The notes under the pieces: generated by a model | Databases searched by the model: none | The model's input: the letters and a program-made list of their open reading frames with translations, nothing else | What the model was told of the DNA's origin: nothing | NCBI GenBank assembly: GCA_949372805.1 | Contig: CASIBH010000006.1 | Coordinates: forward strand, 91,896-155,895 | Length of the DNA: 64,000 bases | Direction: 5' to 3' | Source: an uncultured Flavobacteriales bacterium | GTDB taxonomy: Bacteria > Bacteroidota > Bacteroidia > Flavobacteriales > BACL11 | Shown here: positions 43,959-54,849 of the stretch, in pieces | Position numbering within the stretch: the first letter of the stretch is position 1 | Layout: each line of letters opens with the position of its first letter | Position numbers and translations under genes: made by a program

Positions 43959-45206
43959 ACTTTTTTCAAGTAAAATTATAAACTGCGCTCCTTTACTCCT
44001 TTTAGCATTTCTAGCGTAAATTTTCCCGCCATGATAGTCTTCAATAATTCGTTTAGAAAGAGATAAGCCTAAACCCCAACCTCTTTGTTTAGTTGTTACT
44101 CCAGGTTTAAAAATATCTTTTAAAATATTTTTTGGAATTCCTTTACCTGAATCTGTTATTTCAATCTGAACTAAAGAGTTTTCTTCAGTAATTTTAATTT
44201 CTATCTCTCCCTTTCCCTTCATCGCATCAGCAGCATTTTTACATATATTTTCAAATACCCATCCAATTAGAGTTTTATTTGCGCTGATTACATTAACCTC
44301 AGTGCTTTGAGTAAATATAAAAGTTGTTTTATATGGAAGTCTATTTTTAAGATATGAGATTGATTGTTGAATTATTTCATTTAAATTATATTCTTTCATC
44401 TCAGGCTTAGATCCTATTTTTGAAAATCTTTCAGTGATTGTTTCAAGTCTATGAAGATCTTTTTCCATTTCAATAACCATGCTTGAGTTATTCCCAGAAT
44501 CTTTTATTAGCTCTACCCAAGCCATTAATGATGAAAGTGGTGTAGCAATTTGATGAGCTGTTTCTTTAGCCATTCCTGCCCATACTTGGTTCTGCTCTGA
44601 TTTTCTAGCCCAGCTAAAGATAAAGTACCCAATTAATACAAAAAGAGATATTAATATAAGTTGATAAAAAGGATAGTAGCGTAAATTTGTTAACATTGGT
44701 GAATCCTCATAATATATCCATTGTTTATCACCAGAAAGAGATATTTCAATAGGACTTTCACCACTCTCTTTTATTTTAGCGAGTTTATCTCTTAAAAAAT
44801 GATTGTAGTTATCTATTTTAGATTTACCCTTTTTTAAGATTAATATATTTTTTATAGCTAGTGAATCTCTTGAAAGTTCAGTATAGTATTCATTTAATAA
44901 CAAACTGTCTTTGGCTGAATAGAAGAAAATATTTCTAGACTCTAAAATACTATCACATTCATCAACAAGTATTACAGGAATATTTTGATTTTCTGAAATT
45001 ACTTTTAGCGCCAGTGAATAGTCAATTTGCATACTTGAACTAACTAGTTGTTTAGTAGCTGCAGCCCAGATTTCAATTTTTTTTCTTTCTTCTTTTTTTA
45101 ATTCATTAACAAGATAATTTGTCACAAATAAGGAAAGAATACTGATGCAAATTGCTAGCATTGCAAGAAAAAGTTTCCATCTCTGTTTTGTATTATAAAT
45201 ATTCAT
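43938..45206 (-). CDS. sensor histidine kinase without adjacent response regulator
   Basis: Two transmembrane segments. The H-box is AKETAHQIATPLSSL, the N-box is ENICKNAADA, and the G-boxes are DSGKGI and GWGLGLS. Confidence 0.85.
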   Translation of the reverse strand: MNIYNTKQRWKLFLAMLAICISILSLFVTNYLVNELKKEERKKIEIWAAATKQLVSSSMQIDYSLALKVISENQNIPVILVDECDSILESRNIFFYSAKDSLLLNEYYTELSRDSLAIKNILILKKGKSKIDNYNHFLRDKLAKIKESGESPIEISLSGDKQWIYYEDSPMLTNLRYYPFYQLILISLFVLIGYFIFSWARKSEQNQVWAGMAKETAHQIATPLSSLMAWVELIKDSGNNSSMVIEMEKDLHRLETITERFSKIGSKPEMKEYNLNEIIQQSISYLKNRLPYKTTFIFTQSTEVNVISANKTLIGWVFENICKNAADAMKGKGEIEIKITEENSLVQIEITDSGKGIPKNILKDIFKPGVTTKQRGWGLGLSLSKRIIEDYHGGKIYARNAKRSKGAQFIILLEKSLNTTTT

Positions 45207-45229
45207 GTTTCAAAGTAAAAGTAACTATT

Positions 45230-47674
45230 TTAAAAATTATCGTCCCATTCTATTTCAATTTCATCCTCTTTAACCTCCATCTCTTTTTTTTCTACAATAT
45301 CCTCTCTTATGATCTTCTTTATAGTTTGAATCTCCTCCTTAATCCCTTTGTTTATGTGTTCTTTGATTTTTAACTTTTCAAACTTTATGTCAAAATTATC
45401 TTCGTCTCCTATCATTCGAACTTGAACGTTTGTTATTACCTCATCATTATTTTTATAATCTGTATTATTCGTTTTAAATGTTTTTGAAAGTATCTGCCCA
45501 AGTAGCATTTTAATTTTGTAATTATATTCAAGGTTAAACTTATGATAGCCAGATATTATAATACTTAGCGCATTTGATTTAATTTCCATACTTGGGATAT
45601 TTATAATTTGATCTTTTATTTCAATATTATTTTTTAATGTTGAAAATTTAATATGTTTCAGATCTTCAAGACTTACAAATTTTGAAAGTTTTTCCATTGG
45701 TTGAAAACTAATTAACTCCCCATCGCTTATTGTTAATTTAGAGCTTAGCTGAAACATTTCTGGCACAAAGTTTAATTTATTATCTAGTTCTGCATTGCAA
45801 ATAAACTGCGAGCTAATTTTCCCGTCAAGGTTTTCATATTTTATATAATCTTGATCAAAATTATCAAAGCAATAAAACATAGTTTTAATATTAAGTTCTT
45901 CTAATTTTGAGTTTATTGATAGCTTAAAGGAATTATCTTTTTTCTGATAAAACTTACCATTCATACTAATATTTCCTGTAAGAGTATTTCCCATAAAGTT
46001 TTCTGTGCTAAAAGCTAAATCTTTATATAATATTAATCCGGTGATATTCTTTACAATAAGTTTATTATAAATGAAATTTTCTACATCTAAATTAATATTC
46101 GCATCCAAATAATTAGCTAGCTTTAACACTGAGTTAGTATCGTTTTCACTACTATTAATGATGTCGTTAAAGTTTATTTTTGATGATTTTAACCCACCGT
46201 TTATTTGAATGGTTGGTGTTGCATAATAGATATTTTCAAATAAATTAATAATTTCTCCAGAAAAAACTAAGGAACTTTCCCCAATTTTTATATTGCTTTT
46301 ATTTAACTCTAATTTATTATTTACAATTAATCCGTCTGTACTGTCAACAAATATTTTATTTAATATTTTCTTATAAAAAAATGAAGAGTTGTTAATACTA
46401 TAAGTTCCATTTTTTTCAGCCTCTATTATATTCTTAATAGCATTATCATCAAAAGATATTATTCCATTATAATCCAACTTTCCATTTACTCTCCCTTTCA
46501 TTTCATAAAATGGACTCTCAAGATTATAATAATTTGTTTCTTCTAAATCTAGATCATAATTTAAATTAGCAAGTAACTTATATTTATTAAAATTAGATAC
46601 TTTAAAATCTCCAGAAATATTACCTGCATTAGTATATGATTTGAACTTATTAAAAGTTACTGATGAAGTTTCAAAATTATTATTTTTCCCATTACTTATT
46701 TTTCCTTCACCCGATAAATTTTTAAGTAAGAAAGGATTTTTTTTCATTTTAAAGTTTGCTTCATATAATTTATAATCTAATTCAAGATGAGGGTTGCCTA
46801 TCTCAAGATTATTGTTTACTATTCCACTAAAACTCACTTTTCCATTAGAATTAAATGATGAGTATATTTCTTTTAGAAAATCAGGTGTGTTATTTATAAC
46901 ATCTTCAATCTTTTGATCTATACTATTGAATTTAAAGTTCAGACCATTATTTTTTAATAATTTTAGCTCTATAGTTGACTTCAGTTCTTCTAACTTTATT
47001 GCAGAACTTTGTATCTCAAATATTTCGTTCATTGAGCTTAAGGATCCATCAAAAATTAAGTTTTTATTTTTAATATATTTTTGATTATTGTAAGATAGGT
47101 GGTGAACAAAAGATTTAAAATCTAATTTTATATTTTGATTTATGCCTTCAAGAAATTTTAAATTAATACTCTCAATTTTTGTATTAAAATTTAAATTAAT
47201 TTTTTCATTATTATAATTTAAACTAGTATTCTGAAATGAAATATTATTTAACAATAGCTTCTTCTGTTGTTCAGTATTTTTTATTAATATGTCAAAGTTT
47301 TTTTCATTTGCTAAATTATATTTGATGAAAACTTTTGCATTTTCAATTTTTATATTTGGCAAATTAAAATCTTCAGAAAATATTTCAAAAAGACTAAACT
47401 TTACAAATGCATTTTCTGCAAATAATAATGTATCGGAAGAGAAATTATTCGACTCTAATATAATGATATCCTGCCCTGTTACTGATGCGTAGGGGAAATG
47501 GTCAACAATTGAAAAATTTACATTTTCAAATTCTATATTTGTTTTTAGTTTTGATGTAATGTTCTTAAGAAGATTTTCTATAATTCTATCACCATATAAA
47601 TTGGGTATAAGTATGCTGCCTAAAACAAATAAAAAAACTGTTAAGACGCATATATTTCTAATTAATCTTTTCAA
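45230..47674 (-). CDS. large N-terminally anchored envelope protein, AsmA-family-like
   Basis: 814 aa with a single N-terminal helix and a long Asn/Lys/Ile-rich beta-type sequence. It has an apparent TTG start. The family call is tentative. Confidence 0.45.
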   Translation of the reverse strand: MKRLIRNICVLTVFLFVLGSILIPNLYGDRIIENLLKNITSKLKTNIEFENVNFSIVDHFPYASVTGQDIIILESNNFSSDTLLFAENAFVKFSLFEIFSEDFNLPNIKIENAKVFIKYNLANEKNFDILIKNTEQQKKLLLNNISFQNTSLNYNNEKINLNFNTKIESINLKFLEGINQNIKLDFKSFVHHLSYNNQKYIKNKNLIFDGSLSSMNEIFEIQSSAIKLEELKSTIELKLLKNNGLNFKFNSIDQKIEDVINNTPDFLKEIYSSFNSNGKVSFSGIVNNNLEIGNPHLELDYKLYEANFKMKKNPFLLKNLSGEGKISNGKNNNFETSSVTFNKFKSYTNAGNISGDFKVSNFNKYKLLANLNYDLDLEETNYYNLESPFYEMKGRVNGKLDYNGIISFDDNAIKNIIEAEKNGTYSINNSSFFYKKILNKIFVDSTDGLIVNNKLELNKSNIKIGESSLVFSGEIINLFENIYYATPTIQINGGLKSSKINFNDIINSSENDTNSVLKLANYLDANINLDVENFIYNKLIVKNITGLILYKDLAFSTENFMGNTLTGNISMNGKFYQKKDNSFKLSINSKLEELNIKTMFYCFDNFDQDYIKYENLDGKISSQFICNAELDNKLNFVPEMFQLSSKLTISDGELISFQPMEKLSKFVSLEDLKHIKFSTLKNNIEIKDQIINIPSMEIKSNALSIIISGYHKFNLEYNYKIKMLLGQILSKTFKTNNTDYKNNDEVITNVQVRMIGDEDNFDIKFEKLKIKEHINKGIKEEIQTIKKIIREDIVEKKEMEVKEDEIEIEWDDNF

Positions 47675-47715
47675 TTATATTTAATATTTAAACTTAATTA
47701 CTACTCACTTATACG

Positions 47716-48522
47716 CTAAAGACGTTTTAATATTGTGATTTCTTCATCTGTTAAAAATCTACATTCTTTTCTGGATAAATTTTTCTTTGTTAGGCCAGCA
47801 TAAAATACTCTATCAACTTTAACAATTTCATAACCTAGATCTTCAAATGTCTTGTAAATTACTTCTTTTTTAATACTTAAAACTTCCATTCCAATTTCAT
47901 TTTTATCTTTTCCCTGCATATATGCTATGCTTGAAATTAGCGACTGATTATTTTTTTCACTTATTGTATCCTGAAGTTTTTTGAAATCTAATGATACTAG
48001 CTTTTTATTAAGACTAACTTGATATATTATTTTAATTCTTTTGTTCTTTGAAGATAATTTTTTTAATAGATCATTATCATTTGTAAAAAGCATTAATCCA
48101 GTACTAATTCTATCAAGTTTTCCCACTGGTAAAAGTTGCTCTTTACATATTCTTTCAACCAATCTTTGTACTGAGTTGAGTTTACCAGGATCTTTAGTGT
48201 TAGTAACGTAGTTTTTTGGTTTATTAAGCAGAACATACTGCTCTTTCTCTCTCCTTATTTTCGAATTATTAAATTTAACAATATCTGTTTTGTTTACTTT
48301 GAACCCCATTGAAGTAATAACTTTCCCATTAACACTTACAAGACCAGCTTCGATAAATTTATCCGCTTCTCTTCTAGAACATATTCCAGCATTGGCTACA
48401 TGTTTATTTAAACGAGTTAGTCCTTCATCACTTTCTTTTTTTGCATTTTGTCTTTTTCGGAAAGTATTATTTGATGAATTTTTTTTCTTAAATCTTGGAT
48501 TATGATTTGCTTGTTCTGACAT
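47716..48522 (-). CDS. RsuA/RluB-family pseudouridine synthase with S4 domain
   Basis: Basic N-terminal tail, S4 domain (RLNKHVANAGICSRREADKFIEAGLVSVNG) and catalytic block GKLDRISTGLMLFTND. Confidence 0.85.
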   Translation of the reverse strand: MSEQANHNPRFKKKNSSNNTFRKRQNAKKESDEGLTRLNKHVANAGICSRREADKFIEAGLVSVNGKVITSMGFKVNKTDIVKFNNSKIRREKEQYVLLNKPKNYVTNTKDPGKLNSVQRLVERICKEQLLPVGKLDRISTGLMLFTNDNDLLKKLSSKNKRIKIIYQVSLNKKLVSLDFKKLQDTISEKNNQSLISSIAYMQGKDKNEIGMEVLSIKKEVIYKTFEDLGYEIVKVDRVFYAGLTKKNLSRKECRFLTDEEITILKRL

Positions 48523-48528
48523 CTTAAA

Positions 48529-49632
48529 TTATTTAAAGATTACTTTTTTTTCAACTTTTCCATTATCATATATATATAGCATGGGAGTGTTAAAAGATTT
48601 TCTTATAGTTTTTCCTAAAAGATTAGTTATGTGAATTACTTTTGCTTTTTCAGCTATAATATCCTGTGTATTAGTTGTTTGGTTACATGAAAGTAGTGGG
48701 TAAAGGAAGTCAGTTGTTTGATTTACAGCCTGAATAAATTCAGGATTATTTCCTGAAGTGACCCAATAATGATCTGTATTGTTAAAAGAAAGTGATTGAT
48801 TTATTACCCCAAGACTATCACACAAAGGATGCATTTGATTAAGCCCACAAAGATTTAAAACTGCTGGATTATCTAGTCCTGGACCGCAATTATAATTAAC
48901 TATAACATCATCTACGCCTTGAGCAGTAAAAATAGGTTCATCATTACTATCAATCCAATTAAGATCATTTATGCCTCCAGCAAAATTTATTATCCCCTTA
49001 ACGGATGAACTATATCCATTATTTCCTGCATCCCCTTCAAGCCCTCCAAGAGAGGTGACTATAGCTTGAACATCAATTGGGCTAGTGGGAAGATCACTAA
49101 TGTTATCAATATAAGCAGTGTGAATTGCTGTTATACCTCCAGATGAAATCCCTCCAATAAATACCGATGACGAATCAACTCCTAATGAGTTTCCAGTAGA
49201 ATAATTTTTTTTTACATATCTTATGGCAGCTTTCATATCAGCAGTTGCTTTTAAAACCGTCTCAAATTGAACGGAATTACTAGTTAAAAAGGTAATAATA
49301 TTTTGTAGAGCAACTATTCTATAATTTGAAGAGATTGCAACATATCCTTTTCTTGCAAATGCTGTACAGAAATCAACAGCTCCAGGGTTTTGCTTAGTTC
49401 CCCCATAGTAAGATCCTCCATGATGAAAAATAATAACAGGTCTATTTGTTGCCGTATCATCATCGGATGTATATATATCCATTTTATGGAAATTATCATT
49501 ATAGACATCTGAATAATTGACTGTATTTACAGAAACATTATTAAATATTTCATTTTGATATCTGTCATAGCATTGGCCACTAAGGCTAATACTGACTATC
49601 ATGAATAAAGATAAAAATATTTGTTTAATCAT
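48529..49632 (-). CDS. secreted alpha/beta-hydrolase (esterase/lipase-like) with probable T9SS C-terminal sorting domain
   Basis: Signal ...SLSG|Q, oxyanion-hole HHGGSYYGG and nucleophile elbow GGISSGG. The C-terminal beta-rich tail ends KVEKKVIFK. Confidence 0.6.
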   Translation of the reverse strand: MIKQIFLSLFMIVSISLSGQCYDRYQNEIFNNVSVNTVNYSDVYNDNFHKMDIYTSDDDTATNRPVIIFHHGGSYYGGTKQNPGAVDFCTAFARKGYVAISSNYRIVALQNIITFLTSNSVQFETVLKATADMKAAIRYVKKNYSTGNSLGVDSSSVFIGGISSGGITAIHTAYIDNISDLPTSPIDVQAIVTSLGGLEGDAGNNGYSSSVKGIINFAGGINDLNWIDSNDEPIFTAQGVDDVIVNYNCGPGLDNPAVLNLCGLNQMHPLCDSLGVINQSLSFNNTDHYWVTSGNNPEFIQAVNQTTDFLYPLLSCNQTTNTQDIIAEKAKVIHITNLLGKTIRKSFNTPMLYIYDNGKVEKKVIFK

Positions 49633-51325
49633 TTTTTTTGAGTTTATTTAGTTGCTTTTCAATCTCTTCATCCTCTATTTTGTTAAAAAGATGTACTGCA
49701 TCATTAATTTTATGTCCAGGTTCTAGAAAACATTTACCAGCAGTATGCCAATTTTCAGAGGGGATGTTTAGAATATTAAAAAGTTTTTTTGAAGTAAAGG
49801 GGAGAAAAGGTTGACATAGTATGGCTAGATTCGCAACTATTTGAATTGATGTATTTAAAATAGCCTTTGTTTTTTCTTCATCAGATTTTATAAGTTTCCA
49901 GGGCTCAGTTTCAGCTAAATATTTATTACCTATTCGTGCAAGGTTAATAACCTCATTTAAGGCTTCTCTAAATTTATATTTTTCGATATTAGTACTTATC
50001 TTAAACGGAGATTTAGAAATTTCTGAAATAATATTTTCATCGTAATCAGATAATAATCTATACTTCGGAATTATTCCACCATAATATTTATGTGTTAATA
50101 CAATAACTCTATTTACAAAATTACCAAATATAGCAACTAGCTCATTGTTATTTCTAGCCTGAAAATCTTTCCATGTAAAGTCGGTATCCTTATTCTCAGG
50201 AGCAGTTGCACAAAGCGTATAGCGCAGAGCATCTTGTTTGTCTTTAAATTCATTTAAATATTCGTGCAACCAAATAGCCCAGTTTTTTGATGTTGAAAGT
50301 TTTCTTCCTTCTAAGTTAAGAAATTCATTTGCAGGAACATTAACGGGTAGATTATAATTTCCCAACTCCTTTAATATTATAGGAAATATAATACAGTGAA
50401 AAACAATATTATCCTTTCCAATAAAATGAATTAGATTACTTTCATTGTTCTTCCAATATTTTTCCCAATTCAAATTATTTTCTTTAGCCCATTTAATTGT
50501 TGCAGAAATATAACCAATTGGAGCATCTAACCATACATATAAAACCTTCCCGTCAGCATTTTCAATAGGCACCTTTACTCCCCAATCTAGATCTCTTGTC
50601 ATAGCTCTTTCTTTAAGCCCTCCATCTATCCAAGATTTACATTGCCCTAAAACTTGACTTCGCCAATTTTTAGGGTCATGATGATTTGTATTATCAAAAA
50701 CTCCAGATAAAAGCCATTCCTTAAGCCAATCTTCATGTTTTTGCATTGGTAGATACCAATGTGTTGTTTCCTTTAAAATAGGTTTTTCTCCACTTAAAGT
50801 AGATTTTGGGTCAATCAACTCATCAGGGCTTAATGCAGATCCACATTTTTCACATTGATCTCCATAGGCTTCGTCAGATGAGCATTTTGGACACTCACCT
50901 ATAATATATCTATCCGCTAAAAATTGATTATTCTTTAAGTCATAAAACTGCATAGTAGTTTTCTTGGTGAAAATATTTTTCTTTTCAAGAAAATTAAAAG
51001 TTTCTTTAGCTGTTTCGTGATGTAGCTTGTCAGAAGTTCTATCATAGATGCTAAAATCAATACCAAACTTTTCAAATGATTCTTTATTTAGTGTATGATA
51101 TTTATTTATTATATCTTTTGGTTTTACATTATTTTTTTTTGCTTGAATTGTGATTGCGGCACCATGTTCATCAGAACCGCAAATAAATGCAACATCATTT
51201 TTAATAGATTTTTGATATCTCACAAAAATATCTGCAGGTAAGTAAGCTCCAGCAATATGACCAATATGAAGTGGTCCATTTGCATAAGGAAGAGCCGCAG
51301 TAACTGTAAAGGTTTTTTTAGACAT
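49625..51325 (-). CDS. metG: methionine--tRNA ligase (short form, no C-terminal tRNA-binding appendix)
   Basis: HIGH motif ([11 protein letters not shown]), zinc knuckle ([18 protein letters not shown]) and a KMSKS-like motif (RKLSTSKN). Length is 566 aa. Confidence 0.95.
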   Translation of the reverse strand: MSKKTFTVTAALPYANGPLHIGHIAGAYLPADIFVRYQKSIKNDVAFICGSDEHGAAITIQAKKNNVKPKDIINKYHTLNKESFEKFGIDFSIYDRTSDKLHHETAKETFNFLEKKNIFTKKTTMQFYDLKNNQFLADRYIIGECPKCSSDEAYGDQCEKCGSALSPDELIDPKSTLSGEKPILKETTHWYLPMQKHEDWLKEWLLSGVFDNTNHHDPKNWRSQVLGQCKSWIDGGLKERAMTRDLDWGVKVPIENADGKVLYVWLDAPIGYISATIKWAKENNLNWEKYWKNNESNLIHFIGKDNIVFHCIIFPIILKELGNYNLPVNVPANEFLNLEGRKLSTSKNWAIWLHEYLNEFKDKQDALRYTLCATAPENKDTDFTWKDFQARNNNELVAIFGNFVNRVIVLTHKYYGGIIPKYRLLSDYDENIISEISKSPFKISTNIEKYKFREALNEVINLARIGNKYLAETEPWKLIKSDEEKTKAILNTSIQIVANLAILCQPFLPFTSKKLFNILNIPSENWHTAGKCFLEPGHKINDAVHLFNKIEDEEIEKQLNKLKKND

Positions 51326-51351
51326 ATAATGTTATAAAATATATATTTTAG

Positions 51352-51359
51352 CAAATATA
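51352..51359 (-). promoter_or_regulatory. putative -7 promoter box TATATTTG
   Basis: Exact TAnnTTTG on the minus strand, 26 nt upstream of the metG ATG at 51325. Confidence 0.45.
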
Positions 51360-51377
51360 AGTTTTAATGTATCACAA

Positions 51378-52271
51378 ATGATTATTCCAGATAACTTAAA
51401 AAAAGGTGACTTAATAGGTATTGTCTCTACTGCAAGAGCGATTAGCGCAGAAGAACTTCAGTCATCCATTGAGACTCTTAAAAGTTGGGGTTTAAAAATT
51501 AGACTTGGGGATAATATTTTTAGTTCCTACAATCAATTTGCGGGCAATGATATTGATCGAGCAATAGATCTTCAAGTTATGATTGACGATAATAATGTGA
51601 AAGCAATTTTATTTGCTCGAGGAGGCTATGGATCTGTTAGAATTATAGATAAAATTAATTTTACAAATTTAATTCATAATCCTAAATGGTTTATTGGTTA
51701 CAGTGATATTACAGTTTTTCACTCGCACTTAAATAGCTTAGGCATTGCCTCACTTCACGCTACAATGCCTGTAAACTTTAAGCAAAATACTGTAAAGGCA
51801 ATTCTTTCTCTCAAAAATAAATTATTTTTAGAAAGCAACATATTAGCCTTTAAAGATTTAAACTTAGATTTTTGTTTATCTATAAGTGGTGATGTTATTG
51901 GTGGTAATCTATCTATTTTATATAGTCTAATTGGATCTTCATCTGATTTAGATACTGATAATAAAATATTGTTTTTAGAAGATTTAGATGAGTATCTATA
52001 TCATCTTGATAGAATGATGATCTCTCTAAAGAGAAATGGTAAATTAAGTAATCTTAAGGCATTACTAATTGGTTCGATGACTAAAATGAATGATAATGTT
52101 ATTCCATTTGGTAAAACTCCTCATGAGATTATTTTAGAACACACTAAAGATTATAGTTACCCAGTGATATCTAATTTTCCTGCAGGACATATTGATGATA
52201 ATTTATCACTAATTCTTGGCAAGAAATCTTATCTTAAAATAGATAATAATAATGTAACTTTGCTTCAATAA
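51378..52271 (+). CDS. LD-carboxypeptidase (peptidase S66)
   Basis: Nucleophile block FIGYSDITV, a Glu in FLEDLDEY and a His in FPAGH. Length is 297 aa. Confidence 0.8.
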   Translation: MIIPDNLKKGDLIGIVSTARAISAEELQSSIETLKSWGLKIRLGDNIFSSYNQFAGNDIDRAIDLQVMIDDNNVKAILFARGGYGSVRIIDKINFTNLIHNPKWFIGYSDITVFHSHLNSLGIASLHATMPVNFKQNTVKAILSLKNKLFLESNILAFKDLNLDFCLSISGDVIGGNLSILYSLIGSSSDLDTDNKILFLEDLDEYLYHLDRMMISLKRNGKLSNLKALLIGSMTKMNDNVIPFGKTPHEIILEHTKDYSYPVISNFPAGHIDDNLSLILGKKSYLKIDNNNVTLLQ

Positions 52272-52283
52272 ATTTTTTTAAAC

Positions 52284-53759
52284 ATGTCATTAGAAAATTA
52301 TTTTTCAAAATACAGAGGTAATATTATTGGTAGTAACCAAACGTTTAATACTCCTTACGGGGAGAAAAAAATGGTCTATGCAGATTGGATTGCAAGCGGA
52401 CGTTTATATAAGCCTATTGAAGATGTTCTAAGAGAAAATATTTTTCCATTTGTTGCTAATACTCATACTGAAACCTCAACAACAGGAGCAACAATGAGTT
52501 ATGCCTTAGAAAAAGCTTTAGAATGTATAAAAGAGCATGTTGGAGCTGATCAAAATGATGTTGTTATTTCTTCTGGTTCAGGAATGACTTCTTTAGTTTG
52601 TAAATTTCAAAGAATTTTAGGACTAAAAATACATGAAAATTTTAAGGATAAAATAGTAATTGACAATAGACCAGTAGTATTTGTTACTCATATGGAGCAT
52701 CATTCTAATCAAACCTCATGGCTTGAAACAATTGCCGAGGTAGTTCTTATGCCTCACAAAGAAAATGGAGATGTTGATTTAGATAAATTTAAATATATTT
52801 TATCTCAATATGATGATAGAGATATTAAAATTGCTGCAGTAACTTCTGCATCTAATGTCACTGGAGTTTATGCCCCATATTATGAAATTGCTGAAGTTAT
52901 GCATGAGAAAAATGGGCTTTGTTTTGTTGATTTTGCTTGTTCAGCACCATATGTTAATATTGATATGCATCCAAAAAATGAAAAAAGAAGTTTAGACGCT
53001 ATATATTTTTCTCCTCACAAATTCTTAGGTGGTCCTGGAGCTTCGGGGATTTTAGTATTTAATAAAAGCTTGTATAAAAATAAAGTACCTGATGTCCCAG
53101 GAGGTGGAACTGTGGATTGGACAAACCCATGGGGCGAACACAAATACATTGATGATATTGAGCTTAGAGAAGACGGAGGTACTCCGGGTTTTTTACAAAC
53201 AATAAAAACAGCTCTTTGTATTCAATTAAAGGATCAAATAGGAGTTAAAAATATACTTGATAGAGAGCACGAAATACATGAAATAGTATGGCCAAGAATT
53301 TTAGAAATTGATAATTTACATGTCTTAGCTGAAAATATTTCTAAAAGATTAGGGATTTACTCTTTTTATATTGATGATTTACATTTCAATTTAGTGGTAC
53401 AATTATTAAATGATAGATTTGGAATACAAGTTAGAGGAGGGTGTTCATGCGCAGGAACTTATGGCCATATTCTTTTAGATGTTGATAAAAAAACTTCACA
53501 AAAAATAACTAGTAATATTAATAAAGGCGATCTAACACTAAAACCTGGATGGGTAAGAATGTCTATTCACCCTACAATGACTAATAATGAAGTTGAATTT
53601 ATTGTTGGTGCTATTGAAGAAGTTGCAAAAAACCATGCTCTTTGGACTAAGGATTATATTTACAATAGTAAATCTAATGAGTTTGTTTATAAAGAAAAAA
53701 AGTATTCTTTAGACAATAAATTAAGAGCTCGAGCTTGGTTTGATATAGATTTATCCTAA
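52284..53759 (+). CDS. class V aminotransferase-fold PLP-dependent enzyme (cysteine desulfurase-like)
   Basis: PLP-lysine block YFSPHKFLGGPG and HHSNQTSW. Length is 491 aa. Confidence 0.7.
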   Translation: MSLENYFSKYRGNIIGSNQTFNTPYGEKKMVYADWIASGRLYKPIEDVLRENIFPFVANTHTETSTTGATMSYALEKALECIKEHVGADQNDVVISSGSGMTSLVCKFQRILGLKIHENFKDKIVIDNRPVVFVTHMEHHSNQTSWLETIAEVVLMPHKENGDVDLDKFKYILSQYDDRDIKIAAVTSASNVTGVYAPYYEIAEVMHEKNGLCFVDFACSAPYVNIDMHPKNEKRSLDAIYFSPHKFLGGPGASGILVFNKSLYKNKVPDVPGGGTVDWTNPWGEHKYIDDIELREDGGTPGFLQTIKTALCIQLKDQIGVKNILDREHEIHEIVWPRILEIDNLHVLAENISKRLGIYSFYIDDLHFNLVVQLLNDRFGIQVRGGCSCAGTYGHILLDVDKKTSQKITSNINKGDLTLKPGWVRMSIHPTMTNNEVEFIVGAIEEVAKNHALWTKDYIYNSKSNEFVYKEKKYSLDNKLRARAWFDIDLS

Positions 53760-53762
53760 ATT

Positions 53763-54053
53763 TTATTTTTTTATCATTTTTGGCACAAGAATGTAATCTG
53801 AGTCTTTTTTTGGAGCATTTGATAAGGCTTCTTTCTGACTTAACATGTTTCCAATTTCATCATCTCTTAGAACATTTTTTTCATCACTTAAATAAATAAG
53901 AGGCTCAACATTTTCAGTATCGATTTCGGAAAGTTTATCTACAAAACCAATAATTTTCTTTAAGTCTTCTTGCATCTCAATTGATTGTTGATCATTGAAT
54001 TCAAGTTTTGCGAGTTTTGCAAGATCTTTTATAAGTTTATTATTTATTTTCAT
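53763..54053 (-). CDS. gatC: Asp/Glu-tRNA amidotransferase subunit C
   Basis: 96 aa with the typical LAKLAKLEFNDQQ...VDKLSEIDTENVEPL pattern. Confidence 0.85.
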   Translation of the reverse strand: MKINNKLIKDLAKLAKLEFNDQQSIEMQEDLKKIIGFVDKLSEIDTENVEPLIYLSDEKNVLRDDEIGNMLSQKEALSNAPKKDSDYILVPKMIKK

Positions 54054-54801
54054 ATTTTGTTAGTTCATCAAAAATAGTGTTGTATGTCCTATTATTCAAA
54101 TTTTTGATATCATTATTTTCTACAGAAGTGACTGCAATTGGTTTATGAATAATTACGTGAGCTAATGCCGGATATCCTCTAAAATAATTCCAGGGAAACA
54201 TAGATTTATTGTGAGGCATAGTAACAGGTACGATTTTATAATTTGATTCAACAGCTAGTTTGAAAGGTCCATTTTTAAATTTACGTAATTTTACTTCGGG
54301 CTTTGGAATTCCACCTTCTGGAAAAATACAGACATTTAATCCTTCTTTTAATTTTTCTATAGAATTTGTAAATGCTGAATATGCATCTCTCATATTATCT
54401 CTATTTACGATAACCGTATTATTTTTATAAAAGTATCCAAATAATGGAATTTTTGAGTATTCTTTTTTTGCCATAAAAATTACAGGTATTTTAAAAGCTG
54501 CCAAAACAATAGGGATGTCTAAAGATGATGTATGATTTGGACAAATTATATATGCTGCATTAGAATCTAGAGGTTCTTCGATTATTATTTTTAAAAATAT
54601 TCCAGATAACCATAAAGTTAGTAAAGACCAGTATCTTGTTAAGTGCGCAACTATTAATGGTTTTCTATTTATTTTAGTAAAAAAGAATAGTAGAGGTATA
54701 AATAAAAAAAAGACTACTATAAATGCAATGAGAAACCATAATCTCCAAATTGAACTTAAAATATGTCGAAGAGATTTAATATTAAAATTATGCCATTTCA
54801 T
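54040..54801 (-). CDS. 1-acyl-sn-glycerol-3-phosphate acyltransferase-family protein
   Basis: HX4D motif (PNHTSSLD) and FPEGG motif, with an N-terminal membrane helix. Confidence 0.85.
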   Translation of the reverse strand: MKWHNFNIKSLRHILSSIWRLWFLIAFIVVFFLFIPLLFFFTKINRKPLIVAHLTRYWSLLTLWLSGIFLKIIIEEPLDSNAAYIICPNHTSSLDIPIVLAAFKIPVIFMAKKEYSKIPLFGYFYKNNTVIVNRDNMRDAYSAFTNSIEKLKEGLNVCIFPEGGIPKPEVKLRKFKNGPFKLAVESNYKIVPVTMPHNKSMFPWNYFRGYPALAHVIIHKPIAVTSVENNDIKNLNNRTYNTIFDELTKYENK

Positions 54802-54805
54802 TTTA

Positions 54806-54813
54806 CAAAGATA
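54806..54813 (-). promoter_or_regulatory. putative -7 promoter box TATCTTTG, 4 nt from the ATG
   Basis: Exact TAnnTTTG on the minus strand, followed by taaa and then ATG at 54801. Confidence 0.4.
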
Positions 54814-54849
54814 AAAATCATATTTTTACAACGTTGAAAAATCAATAAA

